In this document: in pieces, positions 40,398-49,243 of the stretch
Layout of the letters: the number at the start of each line of letters is the position of its first letter
Position numbering within the stretch: position 1 is the first letter of the stretch
From: Candidatus Latescibacterota bacterium
Lineage (GTDB): Bacteria > Latescibacterota > UBA2968
DNA length: 64,000 nucleotides
Reading direction: 5' to 3'
NCBI GenBank assembly: GCA_965205975.1
Contig: OZ242195.1
Span: 2,528,001 to 2,592,000 of the forward strand
Position numbers and translations under genes: made by a program
Notes under the pieces: model-generated
What the model was told of the DNA's origin: nothing
Seen by the model: only the letters and a program-made list of their open reading frames with translations
The model's database searches: none

Positions 40398-41648
40398 ATG
40401 CCCGAAAAAAACAACCCAATTCGCGTGGGCGTCGTTGGTGTGGGACGCGGGCGATCATTTATGCGGGCGGCAGCGCCGACGGGAATGGAACTCGTAGCAA
40501 TTTGCGATACCTGGGAAGAGCGACTAAGACCCGAAGGCAAAGCACTCGGTATATCGACATATGGAGATTACCAGGCATTTTTGGAACACGATATGGATGC
40601 CGTGGTACTCGCCAATTATTTTCACGAACACGCGCCCTTTGCCGTTGAAGCACTGAACGCAGGAAAACACGTCATGAGCGAAACCGCTGCCTGCCATACA
40701 TTGGGCGAAGGCGTCGCACTTGCGCGGGCGGTAGAGCGCAGTGGTAAAATTTATATGTTTGCCGAAAATTACCCCTACACGGCGTACAATCAGGAAATGA
40801 GGCGGCTCTACCAGAAAGGACACGTAGGGGAATTTAAATACGGAGAAGGCGAATACGTACATCCCGATCCACCAGAAGTAAAATTGGGGCGCAGTTGTGG
40901 GCGCAATCACTGGCGCAACTGGATTCCCTCGACCTATTATTGCACGCATTCGATTGCACCGGTAATGTACATCACAGATACGCGCCCCGTAAAAGTAAAC
41001 GGATTTGTCATACCCTACGATTTTGGCGACATGACCAAAACTCTACACATGAACCGCGCGGATACGGCAGGCGTGATCATCTGTCGGATGGACAATGACG
41101 CCGTCATGAAATCCCTGCACGGCGCATTGCGCGGGCACGGCAATTACGTCAGAATCCACGGCAACAAGGGCGTGATGGAAAACTGTCGCAACGGCGATAA
41201 ATATCGGCTGCGCGTGTGGAAAGAGCCGTGGGAAAAGCCAAAAGGAGAACCCGTAGAAACCGTTTATAGACCAGATTTTCCAGTACATCACGACCGCGCA
41301 ACACAGGCCGGACACGGTGGCGGCGACTTCTTCACGAGTTATCATTTCGCCGAAGCGATTCGCACGGGCGAACAACCCTACCTCGATGTGTATCGCGGCA
41401 TCGACATGAGTATTGCGGGCATTCAAGCGTGGCGATCAGCACTCAGTGATTCGGCACCGATGGAAGTGCCCGATTTTCGCAATGAATCCATAAGAAAAAA
41501 ATACGAACGAGATGATTGGTCGCCCGATCCCACACGCAAAAAACTGGGACAACCACCGAGCAGTATTCTCGGCGAAATCGAACCATCCGATGGCGCCAAA
41601 GCACTGGCAAAAAAAGTCTGGGCAAGCAGGGGATACTTTGGAGAGTGA
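40398..41648 (+). CDS. Gfo/Idh/MocA oxidoreductase (GH109-like)
   Basis: GVGRG, HV.SE, ENY, GEY.H, Y.TH, GHGGGD; GGAG SD. Confidence 0.85.
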   Translation: MPEKNNPIRVGVVGVGRGRSFMRAAAPTGMELVAICDTWEERLRPEGKALGISTYGDYQAFLEHDMDAVVLANYFHEHAPFAVEALNAGKHVMSETAACHTLGEGVALARAVERSGKIYMFAENYPYTAYNQEMRRLYQKGHVGEFKYGEGEYVHPDPPEVKLGRSCGRNHWRNWIPSTYYCTHSIAPVMYITDTRPVKVNGFVIPYDFGDMTKTLHMNRADTAGVIICRMDNDAVMKSLHGALRGHGNYVRIHGNKGVMENCRNGDKYRLRVWKEPWEKPKGEPVETVYRPDFPVHHDRATQAGHGGGDFFTSYHFAEAIRTGEQPYLDVYRGIDMSIAGIQAWRSALSDSAPMEVPDFRNESIRKKYERDDWSPDPTRKKLGQPPSSILGEIEPSDGAKALAKKVWASRGYFGE

Positions 41649-41658
41649 GGATCTAACC

Positions 41659-42051
41659 ATGATTGAAATAGCACAAGTAGCACTGGCGATTTACGGCATA
41701 TTGTTAATTGTCGGAGGAATTATTGGGAAGACGAAAACCGGGAGTTCTGCATCCTTATTCGCAGGCGCAATCTGCGGTATTGTTGCGCTCGTTGGATACT
41801 GGCAAAGCCTGAGCGATCCCGCCGTTGGGTTTTTGACCGGCGGATTGGTCGGCTTGTTGCTCACGGGCATATTTATGAGCCGATTTGTCCGCACGCGAAA
41901 ATTTATGCCCGCGGGATTGGTGCTGCTACTCAGTCTTCTGGTGGGTATTTTGACAATGATGGCGAGACAGGAATACCTGCTCAATCAGGACAAACCAGTG
42001 GAAGAACTGACAAAAAAGGGCCAGGAACAATGTCCCTGGCCCAACGTCTGA
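41659..42051 (+). CDS. TMEM14 family membrane protein
   Basis: YG.L...GG..G..K.GS..SL..G and RF..T.KFMPAG motifs. Confidence 0.85.
   Translation: MIEIAQVALAIYGILLIVGGIIGKTKTGSSASLFAGAICGIVALVGYWQSLSDPAVGFLTGGLVGLLLTGIFMSRFVRTRKFMPAGLVLLLSLLVGILTMMARQEYLLNQDKPVEELTKKGQEQCPWPNV
42012..42042 (-). terminator. minus-strand intrinsic terminator within the TMEM14 3' end
   Basis: GGGCCAGGGAC-ATT-GTTCCTGGCCC-TTTTTT on the minus strand. Confidence 0.7.
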
Positions 42052-42240
42052 AGGGTCACAGCCTGAAAATCAGGCGTTCACCTCCGAGTTAAAATGTTTC
42101 ACATTAACCTCCTTTCGATATGCGCGATCCGCTTCCGGAAAGCGTTTTGCGCGGTGGATGCCAATATATCAGCAAACCGCACCAACCCGTTGGCCCGGTC
42201 ACATAAACACCGGAATGGATGCAGTTTTTCAGAAACGCAG
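42012..42240 (-). ncRNA. candidate structured RNA of about 200-230 nt
   Basis: between two terminators; TACACT -10-like box near 42245-42240; 5'/3' ends pair (CGTTTCTGAA/TTCAGACG); many hairpins; two GGAGGT motifs. Confidence 0.4.
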
Positions 42241-42267
42241 TGTACTTTTATCGCGTCTTTTCCAACC

Positions 42268-42302
42268 AAAAACGCCTGAGCTATAACACTCAGGCGTTTT
42301 TT
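42268..42302 (-). terminator. intrinsic terminator after the HTH gene
   Basis: AAAAACGCCTGAG/CTCAGGCGTTTTT stem with A/T tracts on both sides. Confidence 0.8.
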
Positions 42303-42675
42303 AATTTGTAATGGCAATACCGTGTTTGCGGCAGAGTTTGCGAAGTTTTTTCACAGCACCGCCTATGGATTTTCCATTTCGCGTAATACCGAACAGATGC
42401 TGGCTGACCACCCTGCGCGAAATACCCATAATCTCGGAGATTTCCCGCTGGGTCTTGCCGTATTTGAAATACAAAACAGCAGCTTCAAATTGTCTTTGCG
42501 TAAGCGATTGATTTAAGAGCGTATCGATCTGCGGGAAGAGACGCCCAACCCGGTCTTCATATTTATAGCGCAAATTCTGGTCTTCGGGCGACTCGTACCA
42601 CAGGCCAACGTCATCCGGCATCATTTCCAGGTCTGATTGATCTAACTGAACTTCCCAAAAATCAGGATTATACAT
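42301..42675 (-). CDS. sigma-70 region-4-like HTH protein
   Basis: LT.RQ..A..LYF..GKTQ.EI.E.MGIS...V..HL; GGAGGAG SD. Confidence 0.85.
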   Translation of the reverse strand: MYNPDFWEVQLDQSDLEMMPDDVGLWYESPEDQNLRYKYEDRVGRLFPQIDTLLNQSLTQRQFEAAVLYFKYGKTQREISEIMGISRRVVSQHLFGITRNGKSIGGAVKKLRKLCRKHGIAITN

Positions 42676-42930
42676 ATGTCCGTTCGTCTCCTCCAGGGAA
42701 TGAATATGTCGGGCGAAAAACCACCATACATACCAGACCCGCGGCTCCGGAGGGACGATAAAACTGCGACGGACAGATAGTGAATGACCGAAGCAGCTAC
42801 CTCACCGGAGGCGAACCGGGTATGTTATTAGTCGTAAATGCGAAAATTAAAGCCATCATGTTGCCTCCTTTCAAATAGACTTATGTAAACGATCACCCGT
42901 AAAACTGCGGGAATCTCACTGCATTGTCAA
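42676..42930 (-). promoter_or_regulatory. long leader with alternative pairings (candidate translational attenuator)
   Basis: rod 42729-42825 versus anti-SD pairing of 42747-42775 with 42676-42696; TTGACA at 42930-42925. Confidence 0.65.
42797..42859 (-). CDS. candidate leader peptide MMALIFAFTTNNIPGSPPVR
   Basis: AAAGGAGG SD 4/7 nt from tandem ATGs; last codons form the 5' arm of the leader rod. Confidence 0.65.
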   Translation of the reverse strand: MMALIFAFTTNNIPGSPPVR

Positions 42931-42981
42931 GACATACCTCCTCGCCCTTACACCGGCATGGATGCACTTTTGGGCGCCATA

Positions 42982-44313
42982 TCAAAAAGCTTTTTTCTTT
43001 CTCAATTCATCCCACCAATCCATAAGCGCGCGAATGTGCTTTTCATAGCCGCGATCTGTGGGATGATAATAGGTGCGGTCTCTCAAATTATCGGGAAAAT
43101 ACACCTGATCAATATAGCCATCCGGATCGTCATGTGCATATTGATACCCCTTGCCATAATCGAGATCTTTCATAAGCTTTGTCGGCGCATTGCGAATATG
43201 CAGAGGCACGGGCAAATTGGGATGTTTCTCAACATCGGAAAGCGCATTATTATACGCGGCATAAACGGCATTGCTCTTGGGAGCTGTAGCGAGATAAACC
43301 GTCGCCTGAGCAATGGATAGATCGCCCTCGGGACTGCCCAGAAAATCGTACGCCTCGCGGGCATTGAGCGCAACTTGCAAAGCGCGCGGATCAGCAACGC
43401 CCACATCTTCAGAAGCAAAGCGAATCATACGCCTCAAAATATAATGCGGATGCTCACCCGACGCCATCATACGCGCGAGCCAATACAGTGAGGCCTGTGG
43501 ATCGCTGCCGCGAAGACTCTTGTGAAAAGCCGAAATGATATTGTAATGCTCCTCCCCTGTCTTGTCGTAAAGATGAGCCTTGCGACCGAGAATTTCGCGC
43601 ACCGTTTCGGGCGTGGGTTCGCAACCCGTAGCCTCAACAGCCGCAGCAACGGTTTCAAGCGCGTTCAGAGACCGACGGGCATCGCCCTCCGCAGTTTCGG
43701 CAATGAGGTCCAAAGCCTGGTCATCAATCTGTAAATCGGGAAACCCGTGTTCCGAATCGGCAATAGCGCGGTCCAGCACCTGGCGAATATGGGACGTATC
43801 GAGCAAATTGAGCACAAAAACGCGAGTACGTGAAAGCAAGGCTGGATTGACCTCAAAAGAGGGATTTTCAGTAGTGGCACCAATAAGCGTAATAACACCA
43901 TTCTCCACATGCGGCAGAAAAGCATCTTGCTGCGCCTTGTTAAAACGGTGAATCTCATCCACAAAAAAGATGGTACGCCTGCCCAGGCGTCGTTCCTCTC
44001 GCGCCCGCGCAATAATCTCTCGCGCCTCCCGGATCCCCGCAGTAACCGCGCTAAAAGACACAAATCGGCTCTCCGTCGTACCCGCAATAACCCGGGCCAG
44101 CGTTGTCTTGCCCGAACCCGGTGGTCCCCAAAAAATCATGGACGGCAAGCGGTCGCTCTCGATAAGCACCCGAAGGGGCGCACCCGGCCCAACGAGGTGA
44201 TCCTGCCCCACAATATCGTCCAGCACCTGGGGACGCAGGCGTTCGGCCAGAGGCGCGTTTGCCATCTCCTGCTCGGCTTGCGACACGGGTTTTAAAAAAA
44301 GGTCTTCATTCAT
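42982..44313 (-). CDS. rarA: replication-associated recombination protein A (AAA+)
   Basis: PLAERLRP, WGPPGSGKTT, DEIHRFNKAQQD, GATTENPSF, SAFHKS.RGSD, EDVG.ADP. Confidence 0.96.
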   Translation of the reverse strand: MNEDLFLKPVSQAEQEMANAPLAERLRPQVLDDIVGQDHLVGPGAPLRVLIESDRLPSMIFWGPPGSGKTTLARVIAGTTESRFVSFSAVTAGIREAREIIARAREERRLGRRTIFFVDEIHRFNKAQQDAFLPHVENGVITLIGATTENPSFEVNPALLSRTRVFVLNLLDTSHIRQVLDRAIADSEHGFPDLQIDDQALDLIAETAEGDARRSLNALETVAAAVEATGCEPTPETVREILGRKAHLYDKTGEEHYNIISAFHKSLRGSDPQASLYWLARMMASGEHPHYILRRMIRFASEDVGVADPRALQVALNAREAYDFLGSPEGDLSIAQATVYLATAPKSNAVYAAYNNALSDVEKHPNLPVPLHIRNAPTKLMKDLDYGKGYQYAHDDPDGYIDQVYFPDNLRDRTYYHPTDRGYEKHIRALMDWWDELRKKKAF

Positions 44314-44442
44314 CAGTCTCACCTCTCGCCAAAATATACTCAGATTCCCATACTTTCGCCAATACTCGGAAAAGTGCTTGTGAACGCATCTATATTCGCT
44401 ATTTTGAAATCCATTCTCCCATCCCGATCATGAAAGGACCTT

Positions 44443-46626
44443 ATGATAGAAAAACACGACATGACAGAAGAACAAATTCGCAGATATTACGGCTGGGCAG
44501 AAATCAGTCCGGACCGCGCGGTTATCGCCGGAGGAACCGGCACATGGCGCATTGTATATCACGCGGGCAAATACGGAATAGACGATGGCGGCGTAATCAA
44601 AATCGCGTGGCGCGACGTGAGCGACTGGCAGCAACCGCAATTTGACGATCCCGCCGCGCCTGCTTATGCATCGGTCTCGACCACGGGACCGGCAACCTTA
44701 AAAGCCGTATTTGACAGACAGCGCTATATTCGACCGTGGCGGTATTGCGTGACCATCGATGTATTTGACGACTCATTGTCAGAAGGCGACACCATAACAC
44801 TAATACTGGGCGACACATCCGGCGGAAGCGCGGGCAGCCGTGCCCAAACCTTTTGCAAAGATGCATTTGAATTTCGCGTATCGGTTGACTGGTGCGGCAC
44901 ATGGGTATATACAGAAGTACCTTCCCCCAAAGTACCAATCGTAAGCGGTGCGCCCAATAAACTCATCGTACTGGGACCTTCTGAAACAACACCGGGAGAA
45001 AACACCTGGATCGGAGTAAAAGCCGAAGACATCTGGGGCAATCCGTGCGCTGAATACAGAGGCACGGTAAAAATCGACGCAGATGGCCTGGACGGATTAC
45101 CCGAAACTTATGTATTTCAGCCGGAGCATCGCGGTGTCAGGCGATTTGAAAATGTGACAGCCCCTGCAACAGGCATTTATCGCGTACGGGTCAGAGATGA
45201 AAACAGTAGCATTGAGACAGAATGCAATCCGCTAATATGCATTGAAACCCGCAAAGACGCGCAACCCTTTTGGGGGGATCTACACGGACAAAGCGAAGAA
45301 ACCGTGGGAACCAATCCGGTCTCATCCTACTTTCGTTTTGCACGCGAAAAAGCGTGGATAGATTTTGCAGGACATCAGGGAAATGACTTTCAAATTACAG
45401 AAGCAATCTGGAATGAAATCAAACACCAGGCAAATACACAGAATACTGCGGGCAAATTCGTCGCCTTTGTCGGTTGGGAATGGTCGGGCAACACACCTTC
45501 AGGCGGCGATCACAACGTCTATTATCCCGGCGACGATGGACCATTACACCGCTCCAGCCATGTCCTCATCGAAGACAAATCAGATATAGAAACAGATTGC
45601 CAGCACATAACCGACCTCTACCGCGCACTCAAGGGAAAAGACGCGCTGCTAATCCCCCATGTGGGCGGGCGCTATGCCAACCTGACCTGGCACGATCCAA
45701 ACCTGGAGACCGTAGTCGAGGTTTTATCTGAATGGGGAGAATTTGAATGGTTCTTAAAAGAAGCCCTTGAAAAAGGCTATCGCATCGGATTCACCTGCGG
45801 CAGTGACGACCACAAAGGCCGTCCGGGTGCCGCACATCCGGGCAGTGGCGCATTTGGTATCTACGGCGGAATCACATGTGTATATGCAAAAGAATTGACG
45901 CGAGAAAGCATCTGGGAAGCAATAAAAACAAGGCGGTGTTACGGCACCAGCGGACAGCGCATCCTCATAGACGTCACCGTCGGCGGACAGCCCATGGGAT
46001 CAGACCTGGCAACAAACATACCACCTGAAATCGCCGTCAGTGTTTGGGGCACTGCGCCCATAGAAAAAGTAGATATCTTCAGAGGCACAGAAATCATTTA
46101 TACACATCCCAAAACCATTCCCCGACATCAAACAGACATACGCATTGCGTGGTCCGGACAGCGCATCCGTGCGCGCAACCGACTCGTGCGCTGGGATGGC
46201 GAAGTAACGATAGACAAAGGGCGAATCACAGACGCCAGAGGCTTTGCCTTTGACTCGGCATCCGAAGGTATTCAATCTGTCAGCGACCAATCAGTAACCT
46301 GGACATCGGTAACAACCGGCGATGCCGACGGCATCATATTAACTCTGGATGCTCCCCCCGATGCAACAATCAAATTTGGAACACCCGTCTTGTCACATTC
46401 ACTGAGCCTTGCAGAAATCGCAAAAGGACCGGTTGTAATCGATGCTGGTGGCATTGATATGCAGGTCGTATTCGAATACAATCCCACAGGCATTGGACGT
46501 GACATCGCATTTACCCATACCGAGAGCCAGTTGCATCCCGGCTGTCATCCCTATTGGGTGCGCGTAACGCAAATTGATGGCGGGAAGGCGTGGGTAAGTC
46601 CAGTATATGTGAAGGATGAAGTGTGA
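44443..46626 (+). CDS. DUF3604 / PHP-like metallohydrolase
   Basis: WGDLHGQS, G.EWS....GGDHNV, IPH.GG, GSD.H.GRPG, RR.YGT.G.RI, WVSP. Confidence 0.8.
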   Translation: MIEKHDMTEEQIRRYYGWAEISPDRAVIAGGTGTWRIVYHAGKYGIDDGGVIKIAWRDVSDWQQPQFDDPAAPAYASVSTTGPATLKAVFDRQRYIRPWRYCVTIDVFDDSLSEGDTITLILGDTSGGSAGSRAQTFCKDAFEFRVSVDWCGTWVYTEVPSPKVPIVSGAPNKLIVLGPSETTPGENTWIGVKAEDIWGNPCAEYRGTVKIDADGLDGLPETYVFQPEHRGVRRFENVTAPATGIYRVRVRDENSSIETECNPLICIETRKDAQPFWGDLHGQSEETVGTNPVSSYFRFAREKAWIDFAGHQGNDFQITEAIWNEIKHQANTQNTAGKFVAFVGWEWSGNTPSGGDHNVYYPGDDGPLHRSSHVLIEDKSDIETDCQHITDLYRALKGKDALLIPHVGGRYANLTWHDPNLETVVEVLSEWGEFEWFLKEALEKGYRIGFTCGSDDHKGRPGAAHPGSGAFGIYGGITCVYAKELTRESIWEAIKTRRCYGTSGQRILIDVTVGGQPMGSDLATNIPPEIAVSVWGTAPIEKVDIFRGTEIIYTHPKTIPRHQTDIRIAWSGQRIRARNRLVRWDGEVTIDKGRITDARGFAFDSASEGIQSVSDQSVTWTSVTTGDADGIILTLDAPPDATIKFGTPVLSHSLSLAEIAKGPVVIDAGGIDMQVVFEYNPTGIGRDIAFTHTESQLHPGCHPYWVRVTQIDGGKAWVSPVYVKDEV

Positions 46627-46634
46627 AGATAGCT

Positions 46635-46916
46635 TCACAGGCTATGCCATTCTTCAGCGGAAATGCTGCGATTAATCACAGGCAGGTCATCCCCGTGACG
46701 CAACGCGGAAATCAACCAGTCTTGAAGTGCCGCTTTGAGTTCCTGACGGCACGCTTCAAGTGTCTGTCCAAAAGCAATCGTACCCGGGCATTTGGGAATT
46801 TCACCAGAAAATGAATTATCAGCCAATTTGTCATAGACAGCGTATTTTAATGCTGAGTCCATGTAGTCTTGAATCATCTCGTCTCTCGTGGAGGTCGCGA
46901 TTGGATGGTTAAACAT
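46635..46916 (-). CDS. hicB: orphan HicB-family antitoxin with HicA-like tail
   Basis: paralogous to 22483-22755 (YDKL.D..F.G.IP.C.G..AF...L..C..EL...L.DW...LPVIN). Confidence 0.8.
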   Translation of the reverse strand: MFNHPIATSTRDEMIQDYMDSALKYAVYDKLADNSFSGEIPKCPGTIAFGQTLEACRQELKAALQDWLISALRHGDDLPVINRSISAEEWHSL

Positions 46917-47058
46917 ATCGAATTAGATCCTTGATTGGAACTGAGGTGATCCATTATTTTTACGATACAAATCTGCAAGAATTTAACCTGTACCATATTG
47001 CCTGTCAAGAGAGCATAAAATCAATTTTCAGATACGTAGCCCCTCAAAGGAGATATAA

Positions 47059-48030
47059 ATGAACGAATATGCAGTCACATTCACCGAACGCGAAACCGCC
47101 AAACTACTACCAGTTGAAATCGATACAGACGCGATCGGTGCAAACGAAGTCGCGGGTCATACCCTTGCAACCCTCATCAGCGCGGGCACGGAATTAAACA
47201 GCGGGTATCTCGGCAACAATTTTCCCAGACAATCGGGATACGCAGCTGCCTTCAAAGTTGAAAAAGTGGGGGAAAATGTCGCGGACATATCGCCGGGCGA
47301 CCTCGCCTTCTGCCCGGGCAATCACGCATCCTACCAGCGAAAACCCGCCTCGCAGGTCATTCGCCTACCCGACAACCTCACGCCTGAAATAGCTGTATTT
47401 GCCCGCATGATGGGTGTCTCAATGACCACCCTCACAACCACCTCGGCGCGGCCACCCGCCAAAATACTCATCACTGGACTCGGCCTCGTTGGCCATCTCG
47501 CAGCCAAAAACTTTCAAGCCTGTGGCTACGAAGTCTATGCCTGTGATCCGGTTGCCTCGCGGCGGCAAATTGCCTCAGAAACGGGAATTCACAATGTGCT
47601 GGATGCTGTACCACTGGAAAATACCGAACTCTCGGGCCAATTTCACCTCGCCATTGAATGCTCTGGACACGAACAGGCTCTGCTCGACGCAGCAGGCGCC
47701 GTGAGAAAACGCGCCGAAGTCGTCTGCATTGCCTCCCCCTGGCGCCGATACACGGACCTGCTCATACACGACTTGCACCACCTCATCTTCTTTAACTACG
47801 TCACCGTTCGCAGCGGCTGGGAATGGGAACTGCCGCGCCAGCCGGAAGACTTTCGAACCAACAGCGTTTTTGAAAACTTTGCTGGTGCCCTCAAATGGTT
47901 GGCCGAGGACCGCGTCAATGTCGAAGGCATCTACACAAAATACGATCCCGAAAGATGCCAGCAGGCATATCGTGACCTTTTGCACAAAAAAACCGAACGC
48001 CTCGCGGTCGTCTTTGACTGGACGACTTGA
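47059..48030 (+). CDS. medium-chain (zinc-binding family) dehydrogenase
   Basis: LISAGTE, GY, G.H.S, GLGLVG, IECSG; AAGGAG SD. Confidence 0.85.
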   Translation: MNEYAVTFTERETAKLLPVEIDTDAIGANEVAGHTLATLISAGTELNSGYLGNNFPRQSGYAAAFKVEKVGENVADISPGDLAFCPGNHASYQRKPASQVIRLPDNLTPEIAVFARMMGVSMTTLTTTSARPPAKILITGLGLVGHLAAKNFQACGYEVYACDPVASRRQIASETGIHNVLDAVPLENTELSGQFHLAIECSGHEQALLDAAGAVRKRAEVVCIASPWRRYTDLLIHDLHHLIFFNYVTVRSGWEWELPRQPEDFRTNSVFENFAGALKWLAEDRVNVEGIYTKYDPERCQQAYRDLLHKKTERLAVVFDWTT

Positions 48031-48143
48031 GATCCACAGTTAGACACAACCTTAAAATAAGGAGATGACAACCAAATAGCTCCGAGTTTGTGTTTCACAG
48101 TTTCACTCTTAGAGCCGGGGGAACTCTTACAAGGAGGGTTGTC

Positions 48144-49069
48144 ATGTCGAGATGTATTCGCAGTATCGTCGCGGTCTCACTCGCAGCAGGCGTGATATTG
48201 AGCTGTGGCAGCGAGCGCGTGACCCAGTCGCAGGTGGCAGATGAGCAGGTCGGACAGCCATTGAGCAAATTGGTTGCGGACCACCATACATCATCCGCTG
48301 TAGTGATGGCTACTTTGCGACAGGATGACGCGCCCGTAAGCGATGCCACAATCGAATTTTCGCATTCTATTGCGGGGCAGGCCCCAGATTACGCATGGTC
48401 TGGGACCACCGATGACAATGGTCAGGCGCGCGTGGAGATTATGTCACACAATGTGTCGGGTTATTACCAGGTGCGTGCCATAAAGGACGGGAACACAATC
48501 GGTTCCTGGTCGAGCATACCAATTAACGGAGGTTATGAAATAATGCTCGACTTGCCCGTTGAAGGAAAAGCATATGTAATGGGTTCGACCCCAATAAAAC
48601 CAGAGGATCCGCCAACCCAATTTACCGTGCGTATCGAGAACATCTCACCCACTTTTCCCTTTATAAGGAGCGGGGCTTTTGCCGTGCCATCGGGCGCAGA
48701 TGGTCCCGGCCCACTCCCGCCGGGCCAGTCCTATGGATTCTCGTTTGAAGCACCACCGGGAACCAAATTATCCTTTGCCACGATGTTTGTGCAGTCCAAC
48801 GATCTATTCTATGCCCCGATGAATCTGGCATCGCGCTCTGGGATGATGCGGGCAATCGCATTTCGGGCGATGTAACGGACCAGATAATGTTGTGGGATTC
48901 GGGCACAGAAGTGAATCAAGCGATCGGCATGGGTGCAGATCAGGCGCCGCGTCAAAGCGGTGCAAATACGGGTGCGGCTGATGAAGATAACACCGTCCGC
49001 ATCACCATGGGCGACGACATCCCCGCGGTTGACAGCATAATCCGCGTGACGATCATGACGAATAATTAA
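48144..49069 (+). pseudogene. frameshifted spondin_N-domain lipoprotein
   Basis: lipobox ILSC; F.V.IENIS, LSFATMF.QSNDLFYAP then -1 frame DESGIALWD...LWDSGTEVNQ; one base missing at C-run 48814-48817. Confidence 0.75.
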
Positions 49070-49102
49070 CTGACGTTACGCAACAGTTTGTATTATATTT
49101 TA

Positions 49103-49130
49103 TAGGAGAGGGTTTGAAACCCTCTCCTAC
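49103..49130. repeat. REP-like palindrome (GTAG type)
   Basis: TAGGAGAGGGTTT-G-AAACCCTCTCCTAC. Confidence 0.6.
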
Positions 49131-49243
49131 TCATTGAATCAATCATAAATGTTGAAGAAGAAAATATTATTCGCCACATCAAAACGTTACAATCAAGGGC
49201 TTGCCTGCACCTTCCTGTTGATACAAAGCAAAGGATATAAAAT

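Noticed and set aside
42099..42317. 72-aa ORF downstream of the HTH gene
   Set aside because: Crosses a strong terminator, has no SD and no recognisable domain.
48100..48140. SAM-I riboswitch (CTCTTACAAGGAG)
   Set aside because: Only superficial resemblance to the P1/J1-2 start; remaining core motifs are absent.
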